A stretch of DNA of 64,000 nucleotides from an uncultured cyanobacterium (GTDB lineage: Bacteria > Cyanobacteriota > Cyanobacteriia > Cyanobacteriales > Cyanobacteriaceae), in assembly GCA_963749915.1 (NCBI GenBank), contig CAVVOP010000020.1, positions 219,481-283,480 on the forward strand, in the 5' to 3' direction. A program made the position numbers and the translations under genes. Shown one piece after another: positions 46,000-56,044 of this stretch; position 1 is the stretch's first letter; every line of letters begins with the position of its first letter. Below the pieces are notes generated by a model that was not told the DNA's origin, ran no database searches, and worked only from the letters and a program-made list of their open reading frames with translations.

Positions 46000-46368
46000 T
46001 TAATCATTCTCCAGAGGAAAACCAAAACGAACTTTACTCCTGCCAAAATAACGCCCGAATTGTAACTCATAAACCTCATCTTCATCTTGAGTTTCTACCA
46101 CTAAATCCGACCGAGGGTAACAGACACATAATAAGGCGTAACCCTTGCTTTGTAAATCCGGAGATAGACCCATGGCCTCTGGTTGGTAAATATCTCCTTT
46201 AATCACTCTGACAGCACAAGTTGTACAAGCACCATTACGACAGGAAAAAGGCGGTTCAACCTCCTGATTTTCTGCTGTTTTTAAAATATATTCGTTTTCC
46301 GGTACGATAACCGTTTCCGTAGTGTTATTTTGACGATTATGAATAGTTACTTGATAAGTTTTAACCAT
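46000..46368 (-). CDS. 2Fe-2S ferredoxin with C-terminal extension (Fed2/FdC2 type; start at MVKTYQV, 122 aa)
   Basis: PFSCRNGACTTCA, LLCVCYP, QDEDEVYELQFGRYF. Confidence 0.9.
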   Translation of the reverse strand: MVKTYQVTIHNRQNNTTETVIVPENEYILKTAENQEVEPPFSCRNGACTTCAVRVIKGDIYQPEAMGLSPDLQSKGYALLCVCYPRSDLVVETQDEDEVYELQFGRYFGRSKVRFGFPLEND

Positions 46369-46444
46369 TATTAAACAATAATTACAGATTTTACCTTTAT
46401 TATAAGGGGCGTAAGTATAAGTCCTCAAAAAGTTAGAAAAAGAA

Positions 46445-47626
46445 TTATCCCTTAACACAAATAACTTGCTTAAGAGTTGCCACAATTTCCACCAAATCCT
46501 TTTGTTGATTCATCACTTCTTCAATGGATTTATAAGCACTCGGTATTTCGTCAATAACCCCCTGATCTTTTCGACACTCAACCCCTTCTGTTTGCATAAT
46601 TAAATCATGGACATCAAAGCGTTTTTTTGCCTGAGTCCGAGACATTTTACGCCCCGCACCATGACTACAACTGCAAAAACTATCATGGTTACCTTTACCC
46701 TTAACAATAAAAGATTTTGCCCCCATAGAACCCGGAATAATACCGTAATCATTTTCGGTGGCTTTTACCGCCCCTTTACGGGTGACATAAACATCCTCAC
46801 CAAAATGGGTTTCTTTCTCAGCATAATTATGATGACAATTTACTATCAATAAGGGTTTTGTCGCTTTTCCGCCGTTTAAATGTTTCTCCACAATGGCTTT
46901 AAAACGACTCATCATTACATCACGATTAAAACGAGCATAAGTCTGCGCCCACTGTAAATCGTGCCAATAAGCCTGAAATTCTTGTGTACCAGCGATAAAA
47001 TAAGCTAAGTCTGGATCTGGTAATCTTAAATTGGCTAATTTGGCTAATTGTTTTCCTGTTTTGATATGACAATCTGCTAATTGATTCCCGATATGACGAG
47101 AGCCTGAATGTAACATTAACCACACTTGATCCTCTGTATCTAAGCATAACTCGATGAAATGATTACCGCCGCCCAGTGAACCGAGTTGCTTAATAGCTTT
47201 ACCTTCCAGCCTTTGCACCCCTGAGTGTAAATCTTTAAAATCTTGCCACCCTTGCCAATTAGTAACCTTAGTTTCTACATCTTTATTTTCGTTAAAACCA
47301 ACAGGAATATTTGCTTCAATTTCTGAGCGAATTTTTTTCAACTTTCCTTCTAACTGAGAACCGACAAAGGGTAACTTAACTGCACACATACCGCAACCTA
47401 TATCAACACCCACAGCAGCAGGAATGATAGCGTCTTTAGTGGCAATAACTGAACCGACCAACGCCCCTTTTCCTAAGTGTACATCAGCCATGAGGGCAAC
47501 GTGTTTATAAACAAAAGGTAAAGAAGCCACATTTTTTGCCATGTGAGTTTCCTCAAAGCCCAATTCATGATTTGCCCAAGATAATATGGGTTTAGGAGTG
47601 GAAAGGTTTAATTGTTCGTAAGGCAT
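46445..47626 (-). CDS. rtcB: RtcB family RNA ligase
   Basis: DVHLGKG, VGVDIGCG, GGGNHFIE, HSGSR, HHNY, SCSHGAGR, DEIPSAYK. Confidence 0.93.
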   Translation of the reverse strand: MPYEQLNLSTPKPILSWANHELGFEETHMAKNVASLPFVYKHVALMADVHLGKGALVGSVIATKDAIIPAAVGVDIGCGMCAVKLPFVGSQLEGKLKKIRSEIEANIPVGFNENKDVETKVTNWQGWQDFKDLHSGVQRLEGKAIKQLGSLGGGNHFIELCLDTEDQVWLMLHSGSRHIGNQLADCHIKTGKQLAKLANLRLPDPDLAYFIAGTQEFQAYWHDLQWAQTYARFNRDVMMSRFKAIVEKHLNGGKATKPLLIVNCHHNYAEKETHFGEDVYVTRKGAVKATENDYGIIPGSMGAKSFIVKGKGNHDSFCSCSHGAGRKMSRTQAKKRFDVHDLIMQTEGVECRKDQGVIDEIPSAYKSIEEVMNQQKDLVEIVATLKQVICVKG

Positions 47627-47712
47627 AACGGTTAAACAAGATTAACTATTCTTCTATCTTAATCAACTTTTTTCCTTAGCCTACTTTTGCTTTTTTTAAA
47701 TTCTGTCGAACT

Positions 47713-47882
47713 TAGCCTGGATTATTCAGCAAACGCTAAAACCCTCATTATAAACTAACTTCAAAAAACAGACTGTTTTTTGAGGCGATGGATACCAAAG
47801 GCACAGCGAGGCTGCACGCTAGGATGTTTGTGGGACAGTGCTTTTGGAGATTTTCTTTGATCTTCATGAATAATCCAGGTTA
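47713..47882. mobile_element. Putative MITE (about 170 bp) between divergent rtcB and mgtE
   Basis: TIR TAGCCTGGATTATTCA ... TGAATAATCCAGGTTA (15/16). Confidence 0.7.
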
Positions 47883-48043
47883 GGTTATTTAAGTAATTTT
47901 AGCCGGTTAAGAATTTTTAAACTTCATTAATTATTCATTGTTCATTGCCATATAAGTTTATTTTCACATAAACCAAGCAGGGGTTAGAATTAAAAATCGA
48001 TGCTAAAGAAAGATTTATTGTAATAAATTGAGGGGGGATCCTC

Positions 48044-49441
48044 GTGAGCGATAATGTAATGATCAAACAAAATGATTCTCGCCATGAATTAAGAGAGTTA
48101 GTCAGTTCTCAATTACAACTTTTGTTAGAACAAAATAACCTAGAAGGTGCAAAGGCTTTGTTAGTGCCAGTTCAACCCGTTGATATTGCCGAAGCCATCG
48201 AATATTTACCCCCTTCAATGCAGTTAATCGCTTTTCGGTTACTCAATAAAACAGAAGCCATCGATGTTTATGAGCATTTAGATTATAGTGTGCAACAGGC
48301 TTTAATTGAAGAATTTAAACGGCAAGAGGTGTTAGATATTGTCGATAAAATGTCCCCAGATGATCGGGTGCGTTTGTTTGATGAGTTACCCGCTTCAGTG
48401 GTTAGTCGTATTTTAGAACAATTAAGCCCCGAAGAACGCCAAGCTACCAATTTATTATTAGGTTACGAGGAAGATACCGCCGGTCGCATCATGACCCCGG
48501 AGTATATTTCCCTTAAACAGACTTTAACAGTAGAAGAAACACTCGATCGCATTCGTTCCCTGGCTAAAGCCTCCGAGTTAATTTATTATATGTATGTCAC
48601 CGATGCTTCTCGTCATTTAGTGGGCATCGTTTCTCTACGGGATTTGGTGTTACATTCTCCTGCTCAGACTTTAGAAGAAATCATGACTAAAGATGTAGTT
48701 TATGTTAAAACTGACATGGATCAGGAGGAAGTCGCTAGATTAATTCAAAGATATGATTTTTTAGCCGTGCCAGTAGTTGATAAAGAATTACGATTAGTGG
48801 GTATTGTCACCGTCGATGATGTTATTGATATTTTAGAAAAAGAAGCCACAGAAGATATTTATGCTTTAGGGGCGGTACAATCTCAGGGAGATAATTATTT
48901 TCAAACCCATTTATTCACCGTGGCGAGAAGAAGGGTAACGTGGTTATTAGTTTTATTACTTACAAATACGGTAACGGGTAGCATTATTGGTGCCCAAGAA
49001 GATGTTCTCAGTAAAGTGACGGTGTTGGCAGCTTTTATTCCTTTATTAATTGGTACAGGGGGAAATATTGGTACTCAATCATCCACTGTGGTTATCAGGG
49101 GTTTAAGTACTGACGAAGTCAGCGATTTAGGTACAGTAAGGGTTATTTTTCGAGAGGCCCTGGCAGGATTATTATTGGGATTAATCTTAGGGGTTTTGGC
49201 AGGAATTTGGGCTTATTTTTTACCTCAAACTAATAACAATCCCATTGTGGCTGTGTCTGTGGGCGTCAGTTTAGTCGCTATTTCTGTATTGGCTTCGATT
49301 TCTGGGTCGGCTTTACCCTTTTTATTCCGTTCTTTAGGATTAGATCCCGCTTTAATGTCTGCACCCTTTATTACAACTGCTGTTGACGTTTTAGGGGTGT
49401 TGATTTATTTTTCCATCGCTCGTACAATGTTAGGCATTTAG
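48044..49441 (+). CDS. mgtE: Magnesium transporter MgtE
   Basis: TAGRIMT, CBS pair, GTGGNIGTQ, DPALMSAPFITTAVD. Confidence 0.95.
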   Translation: MSDNVMIKQNDSRHELRELVSSQLQLLLEQNNLEGAKALLVPVQPVDIAEAIEYLPPSMQLIAFRLLNKTEAIDVYEHLDYSVQQALIEEFKRQEVLDIVDKMSPDDRVRLFDELPASVVSRILEQLSPEERQATNLLLGYEEDTAGRIMTPEYISLKQTLTVEETLDRIRSLAKASELIYYMYVTDASRHLVGIVSLRDLVLHSPAQTLEEIMTKDVVYVKTDMDQEEVARLIQRYDFLAVPVVDKELRLVGIVTVDDVIDILEKEATEDIYALGAVQSQGDNYFQTHLFTVARRRVTWLLVLLLTNTVTGSIIGAQEDVLSKVTVLAAFIPLLIGTGGNIGTQSSTVVIRGLSTDEVSDLGTVRVIFREALAGLLLGLILGVLAGIWAYFLPQTNNNPIVAVSVGVSLVAISVLASISGSALPFLFRSLGLDPALMSAPFITTAVDVLGVLIYFSIARTMLGI

Positions 49442-49449
49442 GGGGAAGT

Positions 49450-50967
49450 GTGATGATTTTGGTTATTTTGCCTTGGTTAGAATTATTAGAGTATTTTACG
49501 ATTACGATGACGGTGATAGGAGTGATTTTTTATGGCATTTCTGGGGAATATTTTCTCATTCTTTACTCTCTGCCTTTAGCTTTGTTACTGAATGCCATTA
49601 ATCGTTTTCGTTTAGAAACCCGTACTAAAACTCGTATTGCCGCAGCACTTAACATTCAATTACGACGTTTTTCTGGGGATATTGAGGAAATTAACGCCAA
49701 AATTGCCAAATATCTTGAAAAAGACAAAAATTTTGCCCCCTTGCCCAAAATTTCTAGTAATGTACAAAAATCAGAGAATCAAATTATTGCTTCTGTACAA
49801 CAAGATATAGAAAGTTTAAATAAATCTTTGACCAGCATTATTGAGTATATCCAAGAACATAAATTAGAAGCCAGAATTAAAAATTTAGAGCAACTTTATC
49901 AGTCTTCTCAATCTTCTCGCAAACCCGTTCATCCCCCCGTTAACAACATTAAATTACCCGATCGCAGTGTTTTAAATCAATCTCAAAATTATGATATCGA
50001 ACCACCCCCCAAAATTGCTTGGAAATGTATTCATATTATCAATGCTCATAGTCAATCTGTCACGGATTTAGTCATTACCCATGACAGTAAGTATTTGCTG
50101 AGTGCTTCTTGGGATCAATATTTGAAAATTTGGTCATTAGATAGCGGTTATGAAATTGACGGGGTAAAGGCTTCAGATCAAGGGGTTTTAACCGTTAGTG
50201 CCAGTGACTTTAATTATCTCGATCACGGTATTGTTACCGGTAGCTTAGATCAAGACGTAAAAATTTGGTCATTGAAATCGGAAAAAAATTCTTTGCGTTT
50301 TATCCTTCAACATACTTTAACTGAACACACTGGCTCAATTCACGGTTTAGAAATAGCCTCCACTAAACAGATTATTGTCAGTGGCAGTTATGATCAAACC
50401 TTAAAACAATGGGATTTACAAAGCGGCCGTTTATTACAAAGTTGTTATGATAACACAGGTGCAATTAATGCCATCGCCATTCATGAAGACAGTGCATTTA
50501 TCGCTAGTGGTGGTGGTGACGGGAAAATAACTATTTGGGAGTTAGGCGGAGAGAGAAAATTGGGCTTATTAGTTGGTAATGTCACTTCTTTAGAATCTAT
50601 CACTATTAGTAAATCAGGAGAATATATTGCCGGGGGTTGCACCGATGGTTCGATCAAAATTTGGCATCTACCGAATACGATATTTAGTTTATTTTTAGAA
50701 ATTGAGCCGACATTAGAATTACAAGGTCATCATGGGCAAGTAATGGATTTAATTTTCAATCCTGATGGACAATTGCTATATAGTGCCGGAGTTGATGGTT
50801 TAGTTAAAATTTGGCATCCTGCTACGGTAAAAGAATTAGGACATTTAAAAATTGGTGATGATAATCGTATTTTCTCTTTATCTTTAAGTAAAAACGGCGA
50901 AATTCTTGCGGCGGGGGGGGTTGACGGTACAATTAAAATTTGGCAACAAACCATGAATAATAATTAA
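49450..50967 (+). CDS. Membrane-anchored WD40-repeat protein
   Basis: N-terminal TM, coiled coil, about 7 repeats ending SGSxDxTIKIW. Confidence 0.88.
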   Translation: MMILVILPWLELLEYFTITMTVIGVIFYGISGEYFLILYSLPLALLLNAINRFRLETRTKTRIAAALNIQLRRFSGDIEEINAKIAKYLEKDKNFAPLPKISSNVQKSENQIIASVQQDIESLNKSLTSIIEYIQEHKLEARIKNLEQLYQSSQSSRKPVHPPVNNIKLPDRSVLNQSQNYDIEPPPKIAWKCIHIINAHSQSVTDLVITHDSKYLLSASWDQYLKIWSLDSGYEIDGVKASDQGVLTVSASDFNYLDHGIVTGSLDQDVKIWSLKSEKNSLRFILQHTLTEHTGSIHGLEIASTKQIIVSGSYDQTLKQWDLQSGRLLQSCYDNTGAINAIAIHEDSAFIASGGGDGKITIWELGGERKLGLLVGNVTSLESITISKSGEYIAGGCTDGSIKIWHLPNTIFSLFLEIEPTLELQGHHGQVMDLIFNPDGQLLYSAGVDGLVKIWHPATVKELGHLKIGDDNRIFSLSLSKNGEILAAGGVDGTIKIWQQTMNNN

Positions 50968-50979
50968 AACTAAAATAAA

Positions 50980-51402
50980 CTAAACTTGGGAAAGTTGGCG
51001 TAAATAACTGAGTAAATCGGCCATATCTTCTGGGGAGGATTGAAATTTAGGCATTGGTGGAGTTTTACCGCTAATTACCTGATTAATAATTTGTACTTCA
51101 GATTTACGTTTCGATACATCTTTCAAACTGGGTCCCACATTACCGTTACCATTAATACCATGACAACCGGCACAATTCACCTGAAAAATAGCGTTTCCCC
51201 TTTCAATGTCACCCTGAAAAGAGAACACTTCTTGTACATAAGGATCTTTTGTGGATATTAACCACCATGCTATTGTGCTGAAGATCACGATGATGATTAC
51301 CATTAGAAGGCTTATTGTCGTCTTTTTGGCTCCGGGATAATTGAGATCTTTTTCTAATAACTCGTTATTCACTGACTTATTGTTAACTTTTAGTTTACTC
51401 AA
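50980..51402 (-). CDS. cytM: Cytochrome cM
   Basis: DPYV, FQVNCAGCHG, VGPSL, GKTPPMPKFQ. Confidence 0.85.
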   Translation of the reverse strand: MSKLKVNNKSVNNELLEKDLNYPGAKKTTISLLMVIIIVIFSTIAWWLISTKDPYVQEVFSFQGDIERGNAIFQVNCAGCHGINGNGNVGPSLKDVSKRKSEVQIINQVISGKTPPMPKFQSSPEDMADLLSYLRQLSQV

Positions 51403-51706
51403 TTAACATTTTGCAACATTTCTTCTCATTAACGCCACCATAATTATATCGAGACCATTTAAAAAGTCCCTGCAGGTACTTTCGTTTTCAGATAATGCTT
51501 TATAATTGCCATCTTGTAATTTTTGTTTTATATTAGAGATAAAGGGTCTGTTTTCCATAGCTAGTGAGTCCATATCCGTTGGTTGCTTGGGAAAAGATAA
51601 ACTATATCGAGCAACATTAGCTGAGGTAAAATTGCCTTTGAGTTACCTGCTAAATAGCACTTGCAATTATAATCAGTAATCGATCGCACAGGTCGGGAGG
51701 TACAAG

Positions 51707-52885
51707 ATGGAAACGGCTCTTAAATCTGCGTCAGTTTTCCCCCAAATGGTGGAGTTGAGACGAACTTTCCACCGCTACCCGGAACTGGCTTTTGAAGAAA
51801 AAGAAACAGCGGCAACGATTATAAAAGAATTGCAACGGCTAGATATTCCTTTTGATTATGCAGGAGTAGGGAGTGGAGTCGTCGGCCGGATTGACAACGG
51901 TGGCAAAAAAGCCCCAACCATAGCTCTGAGAGCTGATATGGATGCCTTGCCCGGAAATGAAAATACAGGACTGTCTTTTGCTTCTCAAAATCCAGGCAAA
52001 ATGCACGCCTGCGGTCATGATGGTCATATGGCAATGTTGCTGGGGGCAGCCGCTTTGCTCAAGGCCGAACCACCACCGGGAAATGTGAGATTAATTTTTC
52101 AACCGGCAGAAGAGCGAGGAGGAGGTGCCAAGGTCATCATCGCTTCTGGTGCTCTAGAAGGGGTAGATGCGATCTTCGGCGGTCATGTGACTCGTCACTA
52201 TCATGTTGGGGAGATCATGGTAGCGAGCGGGACGATTACAGCTCACTCCGATGGCTTCACTATCAAAGTCAAAGGCAAAGGAGGACATGGTGCTCGACCT
52301 CATGAGGCCGTGGATGCAGTAGTGGTAAGCGGATTGTTAATTATGGCGGTTCAAACTTTGGTTTCCCGAGAAATTAACCCAGCTTATCCTTCCGTCATTA
52401 CCATTGGCAAAGTAGAAGCAGGTAGTGCCGCCAATGTAATTGCAGAGGAGGCGACTTTGCAAGGCACCATCAGAACAACTAATCTTGCTGTCAGAGAACA
52501 TATTATTGAAGGATTACGGAGAATTTCTAAAGCTGTCGGTGTCCTACACAATGCTGATGTCCAAATTGAGATTAGAACAGGATACCCTCCAGTAGTTAAT
52601 ACCCCGAGAGAAACTGAAATTGCTCGACAAGCAGTGCTTAAGATAATGGGCGAATCGGGACTAGCACTCATGGAACATCCCAGCATGGGAGGGGAGGATT
52701 TCGCTTACTATTTATTAGAGATTCCAGGCTGCTACGTAAGATTTGGTGCTTGCCGCCCAGGCTGTGAACAGATACCTCTTCACAGTCCTTCTTTTGACTT
52801 TGAGGAGTCAGCTTTGCAAGTTGGTGCAGCCTTCTTCGATCAAGTCGCTAGAGATGCCATCGCTGAGTATACCAACAGGGGGTGA
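51707..52885 (+). CDS. M20D family amidohydrolase
   Basis: RADMDALP, MHACGHDGH, FQPAEE, GGHGARPH, GGEDF, LHSP. Confidence 0.92.
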   Translation: METALKSASVFPQMVELRRTFHRYPELAFEEKETAATIIKELQRLDIPFDYAGVGSGVVGRIDNGGKKAPTIALRADMDALPGNENTGLSFASQNPGKMHACGHDGHMAMLLGAAALLKAEPPPGNVRLIFQPAEERGGGAKVIIASGALEGVDAIFGGHVTRHYHVGEIMVASGTITAHSDGFTIKVKGKGGHGARPHEAVDAVVVSGLLIMAVQTLVSREINPAYPSVITIGKVEAGSAANVIAEEATLQGTIRTTNLAVREHIIEGLRRISKAVGVLHNADVQIEIRTGYPPVVNTPRETEIARQAVLKIMGESGLALMEHPSMGGEDFAYYLLEIPGCYVRFGACRPGCEQIPLHSPSFDFEESALQVGAAFFDQVARDAIAEYTNRG

Positions 52886-52891
52886 GTCAAG

Positions 52892-54073
52892 ATGAAATTT
52901 AACGGTTCCCCATACTCTACCTTGGGAATGGAAATAGAGCTACAATTCTTGGACCCAAAGACTTTAGACTTGGCAGACGGCATTTTGCCCCTGATGGCAT
53001 CTTATCCCCAGCAACCTTTTGCCAAGCCAGAATATAATCAAGCTACTGTAGAAATCAATTCCCAAGTTTGCTCTAATATTGACGAGTTAGAGACGAACAT
53101 GTTCTCGATACTAACCAATCTACAAGCTAGATGTGAAGAGCTGAACATACTTCTGTGTGGAGCAGGAACCCATCCTTTTTCTAAACGTTTAGTTCCCATT
53201 ACTCCCGTGGAGAGATATCAGATACAGTACGAAAGGGCGGGCTGTCTATCTTATTGGTTTACTTTCGCCCAGCACGTCCATGTCGGCATGCCCTCAGGAG
53301 ATGAAGCTGTGGCGGTCGCCAAAATGCTCAAACCTTATCTACCAATCGTTCTTGCTCTATCTGCCAATTCACCTTTCTGGCAAGGTTTCAATACTGGCTA
53401 TGCGTCCTTTCGGCAGCGACTCTTAGCTAGCAGACAAACTTACGGCGTCCCTCCGGGCTTCCAAAACTGGCGGGATTTTGTTACTTTCTTTGATAGTGTT
53501 AAGCGGGCTGGAATTGTTGAGACTGTTCGCGACCTGCACTGGGATTTGCGACCCCAGCCCCATTGGGGAACTCTTGAAGTTAGAGTGATGGATACTCAGT
53601 CAACACTACAAGAGGCATTGATGCTAGCTGCTTTTATCCATAGTTTAATTGTTTATTTACAGCATTACCGAGGGGGAGAAGAAACCGGCTTTCTTTTAAA
53701 ACCAGTTCATTGGTGGTTAGAAAAAGAGAATCACTTTCGAGCTTCTCACCTGGGTTTGGATGCAAACTATATTGAAAATGATCGGGGTAATATTAGGCCG
53801 ATTAAACAAGTCATTGCGGATATCTTAGACTCCCTGAGAGCAACGGCGGCGGAACTTGGCGACACAAAATATCTGCAACTTGTTCGCGATCGTCTTCAAA
53901 AAACACCTAGCTATATCAGACAGCGTCAGGTTTGGCAAAAAACGGGTTCTCAACAAGCAGTGGTGGGTTTTTTGGTTAAACAACTGAAACAAGAACTGCG
54001 AGGTTCGTTATTATCTGAGGTAAGACCGGGAAAACTACAGACGGGAAAGTATCAGGACAAAGTTCCCCATTAG
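52892..54073 (+). CDS. YbdK-family carboxylate-amine ligase (glutamate-cysteine ligase GCS2)
   Basis: TLGMEIELQ, HVHVG, LALSANSPFWQG, WDLRP, TLEVRVMD. Confidence 0.9.
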   Translation: MKFNGSPYSTLGMEIELQFLDPKTLDLADGILPLMASYPQQPFAKPEYNQATVEINSQVCSNIDELETNMFSILTNLQARCEELNILLCGAGTHPFSKRLVPITPVERYQIQYERAGCLSYWFTFAQHVHVGMPSGDEAVAVAKMLKPYLPIVLALSANSPFWQGFNTGYASFRQRLLASRQTYGVPPGFQNWRDFVTFFDSVKRAGIVETVRDLHWDLRPQPHWGTLEVRVMDTQSTLQEALMLAAFIHSLIVYLQHYRGGEETGFLLKPVHWWLEKENHFRASHLGLDANYIENDRGNIRPIKQVIADILDSLRATAAELGDTKYLQLVRDRLQKTPSYIRQRQVWQKTGSQQAVVGFLVKQLKQELRGSLLSEVRPGKLQTGKYQDKVPH

Positions 54074-54136
54074 CCCCACCGATGAGAAGTTAAGAAAAGA
54101 CTCCATAGTTACTAATTTTATGGACATTTATTCCAT

Positions 54137-54595
54137 TTAACAAGCTTTATACGATTTAACTCGTAAAGGGTTAACTACAAACCTCACTATCGAATCCCTG
54201 TCAAAAACAGACTCTCCGACTACTTTTCTTCCTATGTTTAAATTGCCATTGACATCCGCAGAATAGACATAACCGTTACTGGCTTTGAATAAACCTCTTT
54301 TTACTCTTTTACCTACTGGTCTGCCAATTTTGAAATGAGGGATAAAACAATCCTCCAAAATCCAAAATCCAAAATTATCCGTTCCCAGTCCCTCAAAACT
54401 ATCTTGACAGACCACTACGTAACTTTCTTGTTTCTTAATTGGTTCTAAATCTAAAAAACTACATTTACTCGTATAACTTTCTTCTATCACTATCACTTTG
54501 ATTCCCACTAATTTCCCTTTGTATTTTAACTGTTGAATAAATTTTTCATGGGGAATACTGACAAAATTTTGGTTATTCTTTTTGCCTATTTTTAT
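54137..54595 (-). pseudogene. TnpB (IS200/IS605 or IS607) 3' remnant interrupted by a MITE
   Basis: NNQNFVSIPHEKFIQQLKYK...EESYTSKCSFLD...KRVKRGLF...ADVNGNLNIGRK; N-terminal part missing. Confidence 0.85.
54316..54415 (-). mobile_element. IS630-type MITE, copy 2 (100 bp) with TA target duplication
   Basis: TA|CTGGTCTGCCAA ... TTGACAGACCAC|TA; homologous to 28755-28861. Confidence 0.88.
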
Positions 54596-54653
54596 TGAAA
54601 AATTAAGTTAAGATTCTAATTAAGTATTTTTAGATGAAATTGGACTAAAAATT

Positions 54654-55262
54654 ATGATTACTACAGAGATTAACAAAAGTCTAACTTTTGCTGAATTTTT
54701 AGAATATGATTTTGAAGAAGAAGGACGTTATGAATTAGTCAATGGCGAAATTGTGAAAGTACAACCAACAAGAAAACATGATAACATAGCAGATTTTATG
54801 GCGAAACAATTTGATCAAGAAATTGAGCGTGGTAACTTAAATTACCGAGTATCTGGCAGAATTTTATTAAGAACTTTTAATAAGCAAGGAAATGAACAAG
54901 GAAGATTTCCTGATATTAGCGTGGTAGATAAAATAAAATGGGATGCCAATCTTAGTGCTCAAAGTGTTTGCTATGAACCTTTAGAATTAGCTGTAGAAAT
55001 AGTATCTAATAATTGGGAAGATGATTATATAGATAAGTTAGAAGAATATCAAAATTTAGGTATTAAAGAATATTGGATTGTCGATTATTTAGCATTAGGA
55101 AGTCGCAATTATTTGGGAAATCCTAAACTTCCTAGTACTTTAGTTTACATCTTAGATGAGAAAGGAATTTATCAATCTAAAATTTATCAAAATAATGAAA
55201 CAATAATTTCTGCTACTTTCCCTAAATTAACATTAACTATGAATCAAATTTTAGAAGCTTAG
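54654..55262 (+). CDS. Uma2 family (PD-(D/E)xK) endonuclease-like protein
   Basis: YELVNGEI, PDISVV, LAVEIVS, K..EY..LGIKEYWIVD. Confidence 0.9.
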   Translation: MITTEINKSLTFAEFLEYDFEEEGRYELVNGEIVKVQPTRKHDNIADFMAKQFDQEIERGNLNYRVSGRILLRTFNKQGNEQGRFPDISVVDKIKWDANLSAQSVCYEPLELAVEIVSNNWEDDYIDKLEEYQNLGIKEYWIVDYLALGSRNYLGNPKLPSTLVYILDEKGIYQSKIYQNNETIISATFPKLTLTMNQILEA

Positions 55263-55689
55263 AGTACGAATTAAAGAACAATCAACATCAGACTTTCTTT
55301 ACCCAAAATGTCTCTACTTTGACACGAAGCGATCGCTTCGTTCGCCATTTCCTGATTGTCGGCTCTAGCTTGACTTCCACGAACCAAAATCTTTATATAT
55401 ATTGCCTAGTAAGCCTTGTAGTTTTTTTCTGCTTCTGACAAAACTGGGTACACTTTCTGAAACTATTGAGAGGCAAGGGTTTTAACTTAATAATTTCTTG
55501 TTCCTCATCATACCAAATAGGCCAAATTTTAGTCAAGAGTTAACATGGACACGCTCCAATACTGCTCGGTTAAGGCTAAAATTTATGTTGTGAGGCAAAT
55601 TTAGAATTATTCCCTCCCTGACGAATTGCCCACATCCAATGCCTTTATAGGGGCGCCAGAGATTTTACTCTTTCTTGAAAAACAGCTTC

Positions 55690-56043
55690 TTAAAATATAG
55701 CGATCGCAATGGAAATTCCCTGTTGAATTCGTTGTAGGGATTCAGGGGAAATTGCGCCATAGGGACCCTGTTCGAGATAAACTTTGCGAATCGCTGAGAT
55801 ATTGTCACACAAGGCGAGAGAGTCTGTTAAAAGTCCACCTTCTCCCGCTTTTATCAAAATACGGGTTGGGGTTTCTCCACCGGTTAAATCGCTGGTAAAG
55901 GGAACAACCAAAACACTGCTAGAAAGCTGATTTCTGACATTGATAGAAACGACAATGGCGGGGCGTTTTTTGGTATCTCCTATGGTTTTAAGGGCGCGAA
56001 TTAAATAAATCTCTCCTTGGCGGGGATAATTGTCATCTTCCAT
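55690..56043 (-). CDS. PemK/MazF family toxin
   Basis: PRQGEIY, KKRPAIVVS, VVPFTS, DSLALCDNI. Confidence 0.88.
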   Translation of the reverse strand: MEDDNYPRQGEIYLIRALKTIGDTKKRPAIVVSINVRNQLSSSVLVVPFTSDLTGGETPTRILIKAGEGGLLTDSLALCDNISAIRKVYLEQGPYGAISPESLQRIQQGISIAIAIF

Positions 56044-56044
56044 G

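Noticed and set aside
46369..46485. N-terminal extension of the ferredoxin given by the ORF track (161 aa)
   Set aside because: Overlaps rtcB and is non-homologous; ATG at 46368 gives the expected ~122 aa.
51451..51468. IS-end-like motif GAGACCATTTAAAAAGTC (similar orphan ends at about 1786-1800 and 55559-55574)
   Set aside because: No partner inverted repeat found in the window, so an element cannot be delimited.
54137..54595. Active TnpB/Cas12-like RNA-guided nuclease
   Set aside because: Only the C-terminal third remains, without a proper start, and it is interrupted by a MITE.
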